Assembly: GCF_902713615.1 (NCBI RefSeq)
Contig: NC_052149.1
Span: 126,917,256 to 126,981,255, forward strand
DNA: 64,000 nt
Direction of reading: 5' to 3'
Source: Scyliorhinus canicula
Lineage: Eukaryota
The notes under the pieces are model-generated. The model saw only the letters and a program-made list of their open reading frames with translations. It was not told where the DNA came from and searched no databases. The translations under genes were made by a program, and so were the position numbers. Below are positions 10,701 through 22,630 of the stretch, in pieces (within the stretch, counting starts at the first letter, position 1; every line of letters begins with the position of its first letter).

Positions 10701-11557
10701 GAGTATGGCGGCGGGCGGGGGTGGGAAGGGTGGGTGATATGTTCCTGGAAGGGAGCTTCGCGAGTTTGAGGAGCTTGGAGGAGAAATTTGGGTTGGTAAG
10801 GGGAAATGATTTTAGATACCTACAGTTGCGGGACTTTGTTCGTAGACAGGTCCCATCTTTCCCACGCCTCCCGCCAATGGGGATCCTAGACAGAATAGTC
10901 TCTAGGAAGGAAGAAGGGGAGGGGAAAGTCTCGGGTATATATAAGGTGCTCATGAGGGAGGAAGGGTCCCAGACAGAGGAACTGAAACTTTAATGGGAGG
11001 AGGAGCTAGGCGGGGAAATGGAGGATGGGCTGTGGGCAGAGGCCCTGAGTAGGGTAAATTCGACCACAACATGTGCTAGGCTCAGGCTGATTCAATTTAA
11101 GGTCGTTCACCGGGCCCATATGACGGAGGCTCGGATGAGAAAATTCTTTGGGATAGAGGACAAATGTGCTAGGTGCTCGGGAGGACCAGCGAACCATGTT
11201 CACATGTTTTGGGCATGCCCTAAGCTGAGGGGGTACTGGGAGGGATTTGCGGGGGTCATGTCCCGGGTGCTAAAAACAAGGGTGGTGATGAGTCCAGGGG
11301 TGGCAATTTTTGGGGTTTCGGAGGACCCGGGGGTCCGGGGGGAGAAAGAGGCCGATGTTTTGGCCTTTACTTCCCTGATAGCCCAGCGACGAATATTATT
11401 GGCGTGGAGGGACTCAAAGCCCCCGAAAACTGAGTGGTGGCTTGCGGACATGTCGAGTTTCCTGGGGGTGGAAAAAATTAAGTTCACCTTGAGGGGATCT
11501 GTGCAGGGGTTCGACCGGAGGTGGCAACCATTTATTGAATTCTTTGCGGGAGAGTGA
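7778..11557 (+). pseudogene. L1 ORF2p (APE endonuclease, RT, C-terminal Cys-His knuckle), disrupted
   Basis: TWNVKGLN, MLQETHL, DAEKAFDRVEW, TRQGCPLSPLLF, YADD, CARC...HMFWAC. Confidence 0.92.
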
Positions 11558-11777
11558 GTGTCAGCAGGGGGTGGGGGGGAGGGGATAGAGTAGAGTAGGT
11601 GGGAAAATATGGCGGGTAGTACCGGTGGGAGAGGAGCGGGCTTGTGCAGTATGTTACGATGGAAGTATTGAAAGTTCGTGGATGTTTGCACATTTTTGCC
11701 TCTTTTGCTTTCTTTCTGATGATGTCTGTAACTGTTTATAAAGCCAAAAACTACCTCAATAAAATTGTTTATTAAAA

Positions 11778-12615
11778 AAAAAGGTGAACCTGGCGGAAGG
11801 GCTTCTGTGGGGAGCTGAGGAGGTGAGTAGCCATCTTTACTCACAGGCAAAGAGCCCGGGGGCACTGGGTTTGCCAACCCAGTGCTGGATGGGGAATGAG
11901 GGACCCTCAGCTGGGGATGGGTTTTCCACCGAGGTGTGTGTGTCTGCACTGGTGGAGGGGGGATGACAGCTGTGACACGATTATAAAGGTTGTACCCTTG
12001 GAGATCTCCTCTGAGGTGTTCTGCTCGGAGTCAGGAGAGGGGGCCTCACGGGAAGGGCTGGCGCCATCGGCTGGAGGACTTGCGGGAGAATGGACATGTG
12101 GTCAGTGGGAGGGATGGGCCAGTCAGTAAGGCAATAATAACTCACGTTTGACAGGTCCCTGGGTGGATTCTGGTGGTTCCTCACATCAGCAGCATCCGCC
12201 AGCCTCCGTGTAGGTGACTAATCTGTCCTCAGCTACACCGTCACATCCAGGGCCTGCTCCTCAAAGAGGTGAGGATTCTTATGTCCGCCAGTCTGAGCCC
12301 TCTCCCGATGGTTATGGGAGAGCTTTTCCTGAGGAGACACAGAGAGGGCATCGTTAGCTACAAGCGTGGTTCACAGTGGTGGGAGAGGGGGGTGTGATGG
12401 AGGGGTGAAATGCTGTTCGACTTTGTTAGTGGGGGGTTAGCGAACGTGGTATCGTTGAATCAGCTGGCGAGCCTTTATTTGAGACAAGATGTCCGTGAGG
12501 CCTCGTCAATGGACCAATTAACTTGGAATAGAGTTGCCGGCTCGCTGGGCTGAGAGCCGGGAACTTTGCAGCAATTCCCGCTCGCTAACACTTTAAAATG
12601 TTTCCGGAGAATTGA
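11778..12615. mobile_element. Harbinger-like element, right part
   Basis: Continues from the L1 TSD; GC-rich; ends in a GGAGAATTGAGCGC TIR-like motif. Confidence 0.5.
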
Positions 12616-12654
12616 GCGCATTATCTGTGAAGCATAATTCTGAAAGTATGACTG

Positions 12655-13523
12655 TGTCTGACCAGTCAGTGGGACAGCTCCCCCAATTCTAACACAAGCC
12701 CCCAGATATCAGGAAGGAGGACTTTGTAGGGTCGACAGGGCTGGGTTTGCCGTTGTTGTTTCCGGGGTCTATGTCGATGCCGGGAGGTCTGTTCGGTTTC
12801 ATTCCTTTTAGAATTTTCAGCGATTTGATACAACTGAGTGGCTATTTCAGAGTCAACCACATTGCTGTGGGTCTGGAGTCACATGTAGGCCAGACCAGGT
12901 AAGGGCGGCAGATTCCCTTCCCTAAAGGACATTAGCGAACCAGACAAATTTTTACGACAATCGACAATGGTTTCTGATGTGTTGGGCTGGCTGGGTCACT
13001 GTGGACTGCGTTTGATGCAGTGTAGCGAGAGACAGACTTCCAGCACTTGATGAGATGCAACACGATTTTATTTAGCATCTAAACAATTATACATGTTCAA
13101 CTGTAGGCTGACACTATGTTGACTTGACTGGGGACCTGATGCTAGCCTGACCAGACTAACTGACTACCACATGGTGTTTGCACTGGCTGCTGCTCACGAG
13201 CTCTGACTGTCTCAGAGGCTGGATCCCGAGAGAGCTGGAAAACTGGTGCCCTCTGGCTTTATAGTGGTCATGTCCCGTCTGGTGATTGGCTGCTGTGTTC
13301 TGTGTGCTTACTGGTCATCCTGTGTGTCAATCACTGCCTGTCTGCACTCCATTATATACATGGATGTATATTATGACAGTTCCATGGTCACCATCACTGA
13401 GACGAGCTTTTAATTCCAGATTTATTCATTGAATTTAAATTCCACCAGGTGCCATGGTGGGATTTGAACCTGGGCCTCTGGATTACTAGTCCAGTGACAT
13501 TACCACTGCACCACGGCCTCCCC
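12655..13523 (-). mobile_element. 5' end of a CR1-like LINE with tRNA-Thr(AGT)-like head, body and endonuclease N-terminus; split by a solo LTR
   Basis: A box TGGTGCAGTGG (13513-13503), anticodon arm CTGGA-CTAGTAA-TCCAG, B box GGTTCAAATCC (13470-13460); sequence runs into ...DIWGLVLELGELSH (APE start). Confidence 0.7.
12975..13378 (-). mobile_element. Solo LTR (404 bp)
   Basis: TG...CA ends; TSD GTTTC/GTTCC; TATAAA and AATAAA on the minus strand. Confidence 0.8.
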
Positions 13524-14099
13524 CACATTGTGCTGTGGGGCTCCATGGAACTGTATCCCAGCATGAAGTGTCCCTCAGGAGGGGAGAGGGAATGTTCGGA
13601 GCCCTGAGCTCCATTTCCCAGCCCAGGCATTTTGTCTTCCAATGAATGAATGAGATGCCAATTTGGAGCCAGGTTAGGGACAGTCTCGTGCTGTGGACCC
13701 AGGTCTACAAGAGGCAATTGGAGATATCCCTGAAAGGGAAAGATTGGCTGGGTTATGGGGATAGAGAGGGGGAGTGGGACTAATTGGGTAAGTCACAGCA
13801 CGATGGGCAGAATGGCCTCCTTCTGTGCTGGAAGATTCGAGGTAGTGGACACGTTTCACAGTTTTCTCCCGTGTCAGTAACAAACATCCAGCTGCTCTGA
13901 GCCCCTTCTTTCACTTCCTCTGTTGGTTACGTTTCAATCTTCCGATCTGACAGTCTTTGCTGTTATTTTTTACACTGGGGGTTTCTGCTGTGGTCTGAAT
14001 CTCTAACAATAACTGTCCAATCAGTGACAAGAACAGCAGCTAAGAGCAGTCAGGACTGAGGAGCCAGGCTCACTGGGAAACACATTGGGAAGATCAAAG

Positions 14100-14790
14100 C
14101 CATCATCTTCAGCTCCCGATACAAACTCCATCACTCTCCCTGAGCACTGTCTGCTGCTCAACCAGACTCTTTACAACATTGGCCTCATCTCTCTGTTCCT
14201 CCACAATTCCCAGCTTCCCACCATTTAGAAATGACTCTGATTTCTCTTTCTTTGGTCCAAAGTGGATGATTTCACAGCCCCACATTGATCTCCATCTGCC
14301 ATTGTCTTCAGACCCCATCACAATCTCTGTTCCCCAGACACTGATTCCATCCCTCTCCCTGGGCCTGTCTGACTCTGAACCACACAGTTCACAGCCATGG
14401 TGTCCTATTTGACCCTGAGATGACCTTTCCACCACATCATCCGCTCCATCACTAAGACGGCCTATTTCCCCTTCGGTAACATCGCCCGAGTCCGTCCTGC
14501 CTCACATCATGTGCTGCTGAGAATCTCCTCCATGTCTTTGTTCCCTCTAAACGTGACTATTCCAATGCTGTCCTGGCCGGCCTCACACCTACCACCCTCC
14601 GTAAACATCAGCTGATCCAAAACTCTGCTGCCTGGATCTGAACTCACACCAAATCCCGTTCACCCATCACCCCCTCTGCTCACTGACCTACACTGACTCC
14701 CGGTCCAGCAATGCCTCGATTTTAAATTCTCATCCTTGTTCTCAAACCTCACCCGGTCCTCCACCCTCCCTATCTCTGTAACCTCCTCCA
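14100..14790 (+). mobile_element. Degraded L2/CR1-group LINE 3' fragment
   Basis: Similar to 36000-36560 (e.g. gactattccaat, atccaaaactctgctg, aaaattctcatccttgtt). Confidence 0.55.
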
Positions 14791-14943
14791 AGCTGCCTAA
14801 CTTAGTGTGGTCAGTAACTTGGATATATGTCTCTCTATTCCTTCATCCAAGTCATTGAGAAATACAGTGAAAAGCTGAGGCTCCAGCTCAGATCCCTGGG
14901 GACATCACTATTCACATCTTGCTGATTGGAGTACACACACTTG

Positions 14944-15216
14944 GGGTGGGATTCTCCCATCCCGTGCCAGAGTGTCCACGCCATTGTAAACGCTGTCGTG
15001 TTTTATGACAGTGTGAACAGGCTGCTGCCAAGAGTAATTCTGGCCCCTACAGAGGGCCAGTACGGCCGCTTGGCCCATCCCGCGGAGAGCGGCCCCCAAC
15101 CAGCGCCGGGCCAAACACACGGGCGCCAATGGCGACGATCTCATGCCGGTGTCGGGGTGGCGTGGCCCGGTCGCGGGGATTCTCCGGCACGGCTCCGGGC
15201 TGAGAGAATCCCGCCC
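14944..15216. mobile_element. Harbinger-type MITE inside a CR1 fragment
   Basis: TIRs GGGTGGGATTCTCC / GAGAATCCCGCCC. Confidence 0.7.
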
Positions 15217-15419
15217 ATTATCCCTGCTCCCTGTCTCCTCCCTCCAAGCTAATTCCTTATCCATGGAAATTGATTTCCTCAAATTCCATATGATTCAGTC
15301 TCTTGTTTGGCACCTGGAAATCCATCAATATAACATCACAGACATTCCCTTATCTACCACATTGATGACCTCATTAACAAATCTAACCAGGTTAGTTAAA
15401 CATGTCTGACCCGCCTCAC

Positions 15420-15520
15420 CGGACAGGCGCCGGAATGTGGCGACTAGGGGCTTTTCACAGTAACTTCATTGAAGCCTACTCGTGACAATAAGCGATTTTC
15501 ATTTCATTTCATTTTTCATT
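15420..15520 (+). mobile_element. SINE 3' tail ending in (CATTT)n
   Basis: ggcgactaggggcttttcacagtaacttcattgaagcctactcgtgacaataagcgattttcatttcatttc. Confidence 0.7.
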
Positions 15521-15711
15521 TAAATCCGTGCTGACTCTCTCGGATCAGTTCATATTTCTGACTGATTTTGTGTCCAATCACAGATTCCAGTCAATTCCCC
15601 ATAACAGACATTAAACTGAGATGTTAGTTGTGAATAACGCTAGTATACAGCTAGCACAGTCATGAGGGGCTGAGTAGATTCCTCCTGTACTGGAGATATA
15701 TCTAGCTCATC

Positions 15712-16264
15712 AGGTACATCAGACTACACAATCCAGTCTGTGTACACAGGTACATAACACTTCACTCTCCAGTCTTTGTACACAGGTACATCACATTTCA
15801 CAATCCAGTCTGTGTACACAGGGACATCACACTTCACAATCCAGTTTGTGTACACAGGGACATCACACTTTACAATCCAGTCTGTGTACACAGGTACATC
15901 ACACTTCACAATCCAGTCTGTGTACACAGGTACATCAAACTTCACAATCCAGTCTGTGTGCACAGGTACATCACACTTCACAATCCAGTCTGTGTACACA
16001 GGTACATCACACTTCACAATCCAGTCTGTGTGCACAGGTACATCACACTTCACAATCCAGTCTGTGTGCACAGGTACATCACACTTCACAATCCAGTCTG
16101 TGTACACAGATACATCACACTTCACAATCCAGTCTGTGTACACAGATACATCACACTTCATAATCCAGTCTGTGTACACAGGTACATCACACTTCACAAT
16201 CCAGTCTGTGTACACAGGTACATCACACTTCATAATCCAGTTTGTGTACACAATCTAGTCTGTG
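15712..16264 (+). repeat. 36-bp minisatellite ACAATCCAGTCTGTGTACACAGGTACATCACACTTC, ~15 copies
   Basis: Direct reading; 12-aa periodicity in the ORF track. Confidence 0.95.
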
Positions 16265-17940
16265 AGAGACCCAGTGCAGTAAAACGGTATTGACCGTTTC
16301 CTAGTGTCAGGTGTAGTGAGAGATTCGGTGCAGTAAAACGGTATTGACCGTTTCCTAGTGTCAGGTGTAGTGAGAGACGCGGTGCAGTAAAACGGTATTG
16401 ACCGTTTCCTAGTGTCAGGTATAGTGACTGACCCGGTGCAGTAAAATGGTATTGACCGTTTCCTAGTGTCAGGTGCAGTGAGAGACACGGCGCAGTAAAA
16501 CGGTATTGACCGTTTCCTAGTGTCAGGTGTAGTGTGAGACATGGTGCAGTAAAACGGTATTGACCGTTTCCTCGTGTCTGGTATAGTGAGAGACCCAGTG
16601 CAGTAAAACGGTATTGACCGTTTCCTCGTGTCAGGTATAGTGAGAGACCCGGTGCAGTAAAACGGTATTGACCGTTTCCTAGTGTCAGGTATAGTGAGAG
16701 ACCTGGTGCAGTAAAACAGTATTGACCGTTTCCTAGTGTCAGGTGTAGTGAGAGACATGGTGCAGTAAAATGGTATTGACCGTTTCCTAGTGTCAGGTAT
16801 AGTGACTGACCCGGTGCAGTAAAACGGTATTGACCGTTTCCAAGTGTCAGGTATAGTGACTGACCCGGTGCAGCAAAACGGTATTGACCGTTTCCTAGTG
16901 TCACGTGCTGTGAGAGACCCGATGCAGTAAAACGGTATTGACCGTTTCCTAGTGTCAGGTATAGTGAGAGACACGGTGCAGTAAAACGATATTGACCGTT
17001 TCCTCGTGTCAGGTGTAGTGAGAGACACGGTGCAGTAAAACGGTATTGACCGTTTCCTAGTGTCAGGTGTAGTGTGAGACATGGTGCAGTAAAACGGTAT
17101 TGACCGTTTCCTCGTGTCAGGTATAGTGAGAGACACGGTGCAGTAAAACGGTATTGACCGTTTCCTCGTGTCAGGTGTAGTGTGAGACATGGTGCAGTAA
17201 AACGGTATTGACCGTTTCCTAGTGTCAGGTGTAGTGAGAGACATGGTGCAGCAAAACGGCATTGACCGTTTCCTAGTGTCAGGTGTAGTGAGAGACACGG
17301 TGCAGTAAAACGGTATTGACCACTTCCTATTGTCAGGTATAGTGAGAGACCCGATGCAGTAAAACGGTATTGACCGTTTCCTAGTGTCAGGTGTAGTGAC
17401 TGACCCGGTGCAGTAAAACAGTATTGACCGTTTCCTAGTGTCAGGTGTAGTGAGAGACACGGTGCAGTAAAATGGTATTGACCGTTTCCTCGTGTCAGGT
17501 GTAGTGAGAGACACGGTGCAGTAAAACGGTATTGACCGTTTCCTAGTGTCAGGTGCAGTGAGAGACACGGTGCAGTAAAACGGTATTGACCGTTTCCTAG
17601 TGTCAGGTGTAGTGAGAGACACGGTGCAGTAAAACGGTATTGACCGTTTCCTAGTGTCAGGTGTAGTGAGAGACACGGTGCAGTAAAACGGTATTGACCA
17701 TTTCCTAGTGTCAGGTATAGTGAGAGACATGGTGCAGTAAAACGGTATTGACCGTTTCCTAGTGTCAGGTGTAGTGAGAGACACGGTGCAGTAAAATGGT
17801 ATTGACCATTTCCTAGTGTCAGGTATAGTGAGAGACATGGTGCAGTAAAACGGTATTGACCGTTTCCTAGTGTCAGGTGTAGTGACTGACCCGGTGCAGT
17901 AAAATGGTATTGACCGTTTCCTAGTGTCAGGTGTAGTGAG
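16262..17940 (+). repeat. 54-bp minisatellite, ~31 copies, each with an AAACGGT-ATTG-ACCGTTT hairpin
   Basis: Unit TAGTGTCAGGTGTAGTGAGAGACACGGTGCAGTAAAACGGTATTGACCGTTTCC; 18-aa periodicity in the ORF track. Confidence 0.95.
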
Positions 17941-18392
17941 AAACGTGTGAAAACAGTGAGGGATCCATCTCCTGGTAATAAAGCAATGAGAGAGGTCGGA
18001 CTATAAACATAACATCAGCAACGTCAGATAAAAATTTAGATTGGGGAGTTGCCGAGTCGCTTGCTGAATGTTTGGTAAATAATTAAATACTGAAAAAAAT
18101 CATTGAAGTAAAGTCACTGAAGCTTTTGTTGTGGGGGAAGAGAGAGAGAGCGAGAGAGGGTTACCCCTCGGGGGGTTTATGACCAGTGACAGACAGGGGC
18201 TGAGGAAATGGGAGTTTTGGTCGTTTATATTGTTCCTGTTGGTGAAAATCTCGAAGATTCCTTCCCCCCCCCCCCCCCCCCCCCCCCGCCCACCACCCCC
18301 ACCCCCACTGCTACTTGAAGTTTTGTTTAGAGTCTGAAAGTTTTAATCTGTTCAGATAAATGTTGTAAGAATGGAAATAAACAAATATTTAC

Positions 18393-18681
18393 ATAATAAC
18401 TTTTATTGTCACAAGTCGGCTTACATTAACACTGCAATGAAGTTGCTGTGAAAAGCCCCTAGTCACCACATTCTGGCTCCTGTTCAGGTACACAGAGGGA
18501 GAATTCAGAATGTCCAAATTACCTCATGGCACATCTTTCGGGAAATGTGGGCACCCGGAGGAAACGCCCACAGACACAGGGAGAACGTGCAGACTCCGCA
18601 CAGTGACCCAAGCTGGGAATCGAACCTGGGACCTTGGAGCTGTGAAGCAACAGTGCTAACCACTGTGCCACCGTGCCGCCC
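18393..18681 (-). mobile_element. tRNA-derived SINE with GTGACAATAAA/(ATT)n tail
   Basis: Head GGGCGGCACGGTGGCACAGTGG, B box GGTTCGATTCCC. Confidence 0.88.
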
Positions 18682-18733
18682 TGTTATATTTGTGTGTCTG
18701 TGTGTAATGAAGAATTTGTGTGTGAGATCTCAT

Positions 18734-18857
18734 GGCCGGGATTCTCCCGGAATTGCGGGGCGGCCCATCCCAGTGCCAAGAGCACCATGACCCACTCCGG
18801 CGTCGGGCCGCCCGGAAGTTGGGGAATCCTCCAGCGGGGGGTCGGACAATCCCACCT
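18734..18857. mobile_element. Harbinger-type MITE
   Basis: TIRs GGCCGGGATTCTCC / GGACAATCCCACCT; TSD CAT both sides. Confidence 0.7.
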
Positions 18858-19062
18858 CATGTGTTTCCTTCTCCAAATTGTCATTTGTTTGTGTTGTTCC
18901 AGCAATCTGAGTTCAAAGCCTTACAATGTGGATTCTGAGTTGGATTTAAGTACAATAAAATGAAACAAACCAAAGTTTGAAGCTATAAAGTTTGAGTTGA
19001 GATTTCTGTCCAGAGAGCACAGTTTGAATGGACTCTAAAGATACAACAGCTTTTCCCTGTGT

Positions 19063-19397
19063 TCATAGAATCTGCAGTGCAGAAAGAGGCCATTCAGCCC
19101 ATCGAGTCCCCACCAGCCCTTGGAAAGCACCCTATCCAAACCCACACCTCCACCCCATCCCCGTAACCCAGCAACCCATCTGTACGTTTTTGGACACTGA
19201 GGGCAATTTAGCATGGCCAATCCACCTAACCTACACGTCTTTGGATTGTGGGAGGAAACCGGAGCATCCGGAGGAAACCCACGCAGACACGGGGAGAACG
19301 TGCAGACTCCACACAGGCAGTGACCCAGAGGGGAATCGAACCTAGGACCCTGGAGCTGTGAAGCAACCGTGCCAACCACTGTGCCACTGTGCCGCCC
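19063..19397 (-). mobile_element. HE1-like SINE with CR1-type tail
   Basis: Same head; tail ...gatgggctgaatggcctctttctgcactgcagattctatga. Confidence 0.88.
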
Positions 19398-19559
19398 TTG
19401 TGCCACCGTGCCACCCTAAAATGAACCAGACTCTGCAGCAACCTCTCACAGACTAACAGGAACTTCACTCTTTCCAATCACAGCTTGAGCTTTCTGATTG
19501 CTGAATGGATCCATTCCCCCTCGAGCAGAATGGACCCTCGTGTTTTTATTTCGAGGTAA

Positions 19560-19682
19560 CCTCCAATGCCTCTGTGTACCTGAATAGACACCGGAATGTG
19601 GCGACTAGGGGATTTTCACAGTAACTTCATCACAGTGTTAATGTAAGCCTACTTGTGACAATAACGATTATTATTATTATAT
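19560..19682 (+). mobile_element. SINE 3' part with (ATT)n tail
   Basis: ...cctacttgtgacaataacgattattattatt. Confidence 0.75.
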
Positions 19683-19885
19683 GTAACAAGATTTCCAGCA
19701 GCGTTAATAATCGGAGAATTTATCTAAAGATTTTTATTGCCACAGTATCGTCATGGTTTTGAGTCTTTACTTTATCTAGAAAGAAAATGGTTGAACCCAT
19801 TCAGGACCATTGTTATCTTCTGCTTGGGAACAGGAGATCTGATATAAACACACTGACCAATGAGAATCAGACTGTTTAACACGAG

Positions 19886-20231
19886 GGGCGGGATTCTCCG
19901 CTATCCGGCAGGATGGGCCGTACCGGCGGCGAGGGGCGGCGGAACCACTCCGGCATCGGGCTGCCTGGAAGTTGCGGAATCCTCCGCACTTTCAGGGGCT
20001 AGGCCGGTGCCGGAGTGTTTGGCGCCAAGCCAAATGGAGCCGAAGCGCCTCCGCCAGCCTGAGTTGCCGCATGCGCGGGAGCGCCAGCGTGTGCTGGCAT
20101 CATCACGGGCCAGAGAATCGCTGGGGGAGCTGCTGCCAATTGCCACCAACACGGAGAATCCGGCAGCCGGAATCGGGGCAGCGGATCGGGATTCACACCG
20201 CCCCCTGGTGGTGGGACGGAGAATCCCGCAC
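19886..20231. mobile_element. Harbinger-type MITE
   Basis: TIRs GGGCGGGATTCTCC / GGAGAATCCCGCAC; flanks GAG/AAG. Confidence 0.75.
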
Positions 20232-20644
20232 AAGACCTTTGAAAACGATGATGTTATTGAAGAGAAAGAAAATCTGTCCCTTTAAATCTGAATCCAAATT
20301 CACACACATGAGGAAGAAGTCATTTGAATTTTGATAGTGTAAATTACAGTTTACAAAGTATAATGATTTGAGGTTTGGTTCCTGATAAAGTTCTGAACAG
20401 GAAATTTTAATTTGAAAAGGTTTGACAACAATTGACATTAATTCAAATGCTGCCAGCTGCTGGGCTGAAAGAAGAATTTAAAATATGTTTGTTCCCAAAA
20501 TGTAAACATAAACCTGAAGCTTGAAGTTTGGTAGAAATCCAATTTTAAGCAGAGTTAAAGAAAGCAGCTCAACAACAAAACTATTAGAATCTGGGATCAG
20601 TTTAAAATGAAAATGCTCCAGCTACAAACGAGAGAGATAAGTAA

Positions 20645-21456
20645 GGCCTGATCTTTCCAAAAGTGAACAAAGTTCCCGAGCGAGTGCGTTTAGCTACATG
20701 ATTCCTGGCACTCGCCGTGCTGAGAAACACAAGGATTTTCAACACGATTGGCTTTGAACGGGAATGTCGAGGCCGAGGCCACACATAGTCCCGTTTGGTA
20801 CACTGGGAATCTCCGCCCGCCGGACCTTCACGTTGTAGCGAGAAATCGGGAAACTATTTGTAAAAGGTGTACCGATCTCAGAGGCCACGAAAAGAATCTC
20901 CGTGCTCCCCCCTCCCAGCCCGAATGCAAGAGGGTCCCCTCCCAACCCACACTGGGCAACCCCAGCCCAATCAAGCATGTGCAGAAAATGACAGCTGGTA
21001 GTGCCACATGGGAACCTTGACAGTGCCAGGCTGGCACCCAGGTGGCACTGCCAGGGTACTCAGGTGGCACCAGCAGTGGCAAGGCACCACCTTGTCCAAA
21101 GGGAATGCAGCTGACCACCTTGGAGACCTCCATGATGCTGTTCCTTCTGGAATCCCCGGTTATAGGGACCAGGACCAAGCGGCGCTAACCCGAGGTCACC
21201 GAGGTAAAGGGATTGAAACCCAAAGCCTCAGGTACCTCATGAATCTGCACATTAGAGTTAGGCTTACTGCCTCACCCGGATATGCAGATTTGCTAAAAGG
21301 TGATGCCGCCCATGGTCGGGATTCACCTTGCAGCACCTTGTGTGATTTGTGTTGTGAGCCGGGTAGATCCCGGGAGCGGGGTCTCCTGGCTTTCCCCAGC
21401 ACCGCTGCACCGCGGTGAGCTGCTTTCCGGCGCTGCATGGCCGGAAGATCATGGCC
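20645..21456. mobile_element. Non-autonomous Harbinger-like element
   Basis: Imperfect TIRs GGCCTGATCTTTCC / GGAAGATCATGGCC; flanks TAA/AAA. Confidence 0.5.
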
Positions 21457-22630
21457 AAAGAAGCAAAACCATGTCAATGTCTGGAACCAAATAGAAACAT
21501 ATTCTGAGTGTAGGCCTGAGGCCTGCTGCTGCCACTAATATTTGCAATTTTGTGTTTTACATTTTATTTCAGCTCTGCTTTGATTTTAATATTTGAAGTG
21601 ATTTTGTATTTTCTCACTTGATAAACACTGATCTTAACCCAGCTATGATTGTCCTTTGATTAATTAATCAATAATAATCAGCAGTGCCCTGTTTTTCTCA
21701 ATCTTGTTTTCTCTCTATACTGGCCACACAGCTTTGTTTAGACTAAAACCTTTGTTTTTCCACTTTCTCAAACTAGAATATTAAAATAAGTTGTTTTTTG
21801 TCGATTAGAGTTGCTGTTCTCCGGCATTCTGTGACCTTGGATTACAGAGCAAGTCGCTGAGTAATCTTATCTGCTGTGGTCACCTGAAGCATCAGAAGAT
21901 GAAGTTTCATTGATGGGCATAACACCTGATTGATGACAGATGGGAAAACACCATCAAGAGCTCCATAAACAAGCTGAATATGACAAAGTCTGCTTCACCT
22001 TGAGCTCCCTGTGAGAGGAACTGAGAAGAGCTGAGATTTGTTTGGGGAAAGATTGTGTGGCAGGCTTCACGAGACTGGAATGGAGCCAGAAATCCAGTTT
22101 AAAGAGACATTACTTCAGAGACTCAGTGCTGGGGTGGAATAGTCATCCACGGACGTCAGGAGGAAGGGTCAGAAACGGACTGACTGACCATAGTGCCCAC
22201 CCACTGGGGTTACTCAGTGACTTGGTAATGAGTTTACTGAGGGGACAGTAAGGTGGGCACCAATTGTGGGGGACCCGTGGTGGAACAGACCAAATCGTGG
22301 TTATTGTTTGTGTTTGAACAAACATCTGACTGTCTTCTTTTCCTCAGATATGTACAAACTGCTTCACCTTTTGTCCGGATTCTCCTGTCTAAACCCGTTT
22401 GGCCATCATTTTTCTTTATTTTCTTTTATTTTGCAATTTCAATTTTTTAACATGGACAATTAATGTGCCGGTGCCTTTAAGGTGGACTTCGAGTGTCTGG
22501 CCTTTACAATGGCACCTGCCAATTGGTTGAGATTTCCTCTGCAAGTTCCTTCCTCCGTGTGACTGTGTTTTCTGTTTTACTTTTGTGTTGGTCAGAAGCT
22601 GGAGGGTCAGAACTCTGATTTCTCTCTCAT

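Larger units (their letters stand above)
5866..11777 (+). mobile_element. Full-length L1-clade LINE (~5.9 kb), inactivated by frameshifts and stops
   Basis: 5' CTTCCGGTGGCGGC; ORF1 and ORF2; AATAAA + poly(A); 16-bp TSD AAAAAGGT(A/G)AACCTGG at 5850-5865 and 11778-11793. Confidence 0.95.

Noticed and set aside
13460-13523. Functional tRNA-Thr gene
   Set aside because: No acceptor stem or full cloverleaf; continues into retroelement body
13965-14080. Possible V relic on the minus strand (...SSVLT...SYC, then CACAGCA-12-GTAAAAAAT)
   Set aside because: Stops in frame, no FR1/FR2 (C, W) recognisable, RSS only 5/7 and 5/9; compatible with chance
15724-17838. Repetitive ORFs of 105-527 aa
   Set aside because: Translations of the 36- and 54-bp minisatellites, open on several frames and both strands
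16262-17940. CRISPR-like array (hairpin repeats at regular spacing)
   Set aside because: Sequences between hairpins are near-identical rather than unique spacers; no cas genes; eukaryotic context
16262-17940. CACGGTG heptamer-like motif in many 54-bp units
   Set aside because: No nonamer at 12 or 23 bp on either strand
21720-21755. RSS-like CACACAG...ACTAAAACC
   Set aside because: Spacer is 10 bp and no J or V coding sequence is adjacent
21780-22500. Non-repetitive-looking segment with splice-acceptor-like motifs
   Set aside because: No frame gives a recognisable protein; cannot be supported without a homology search
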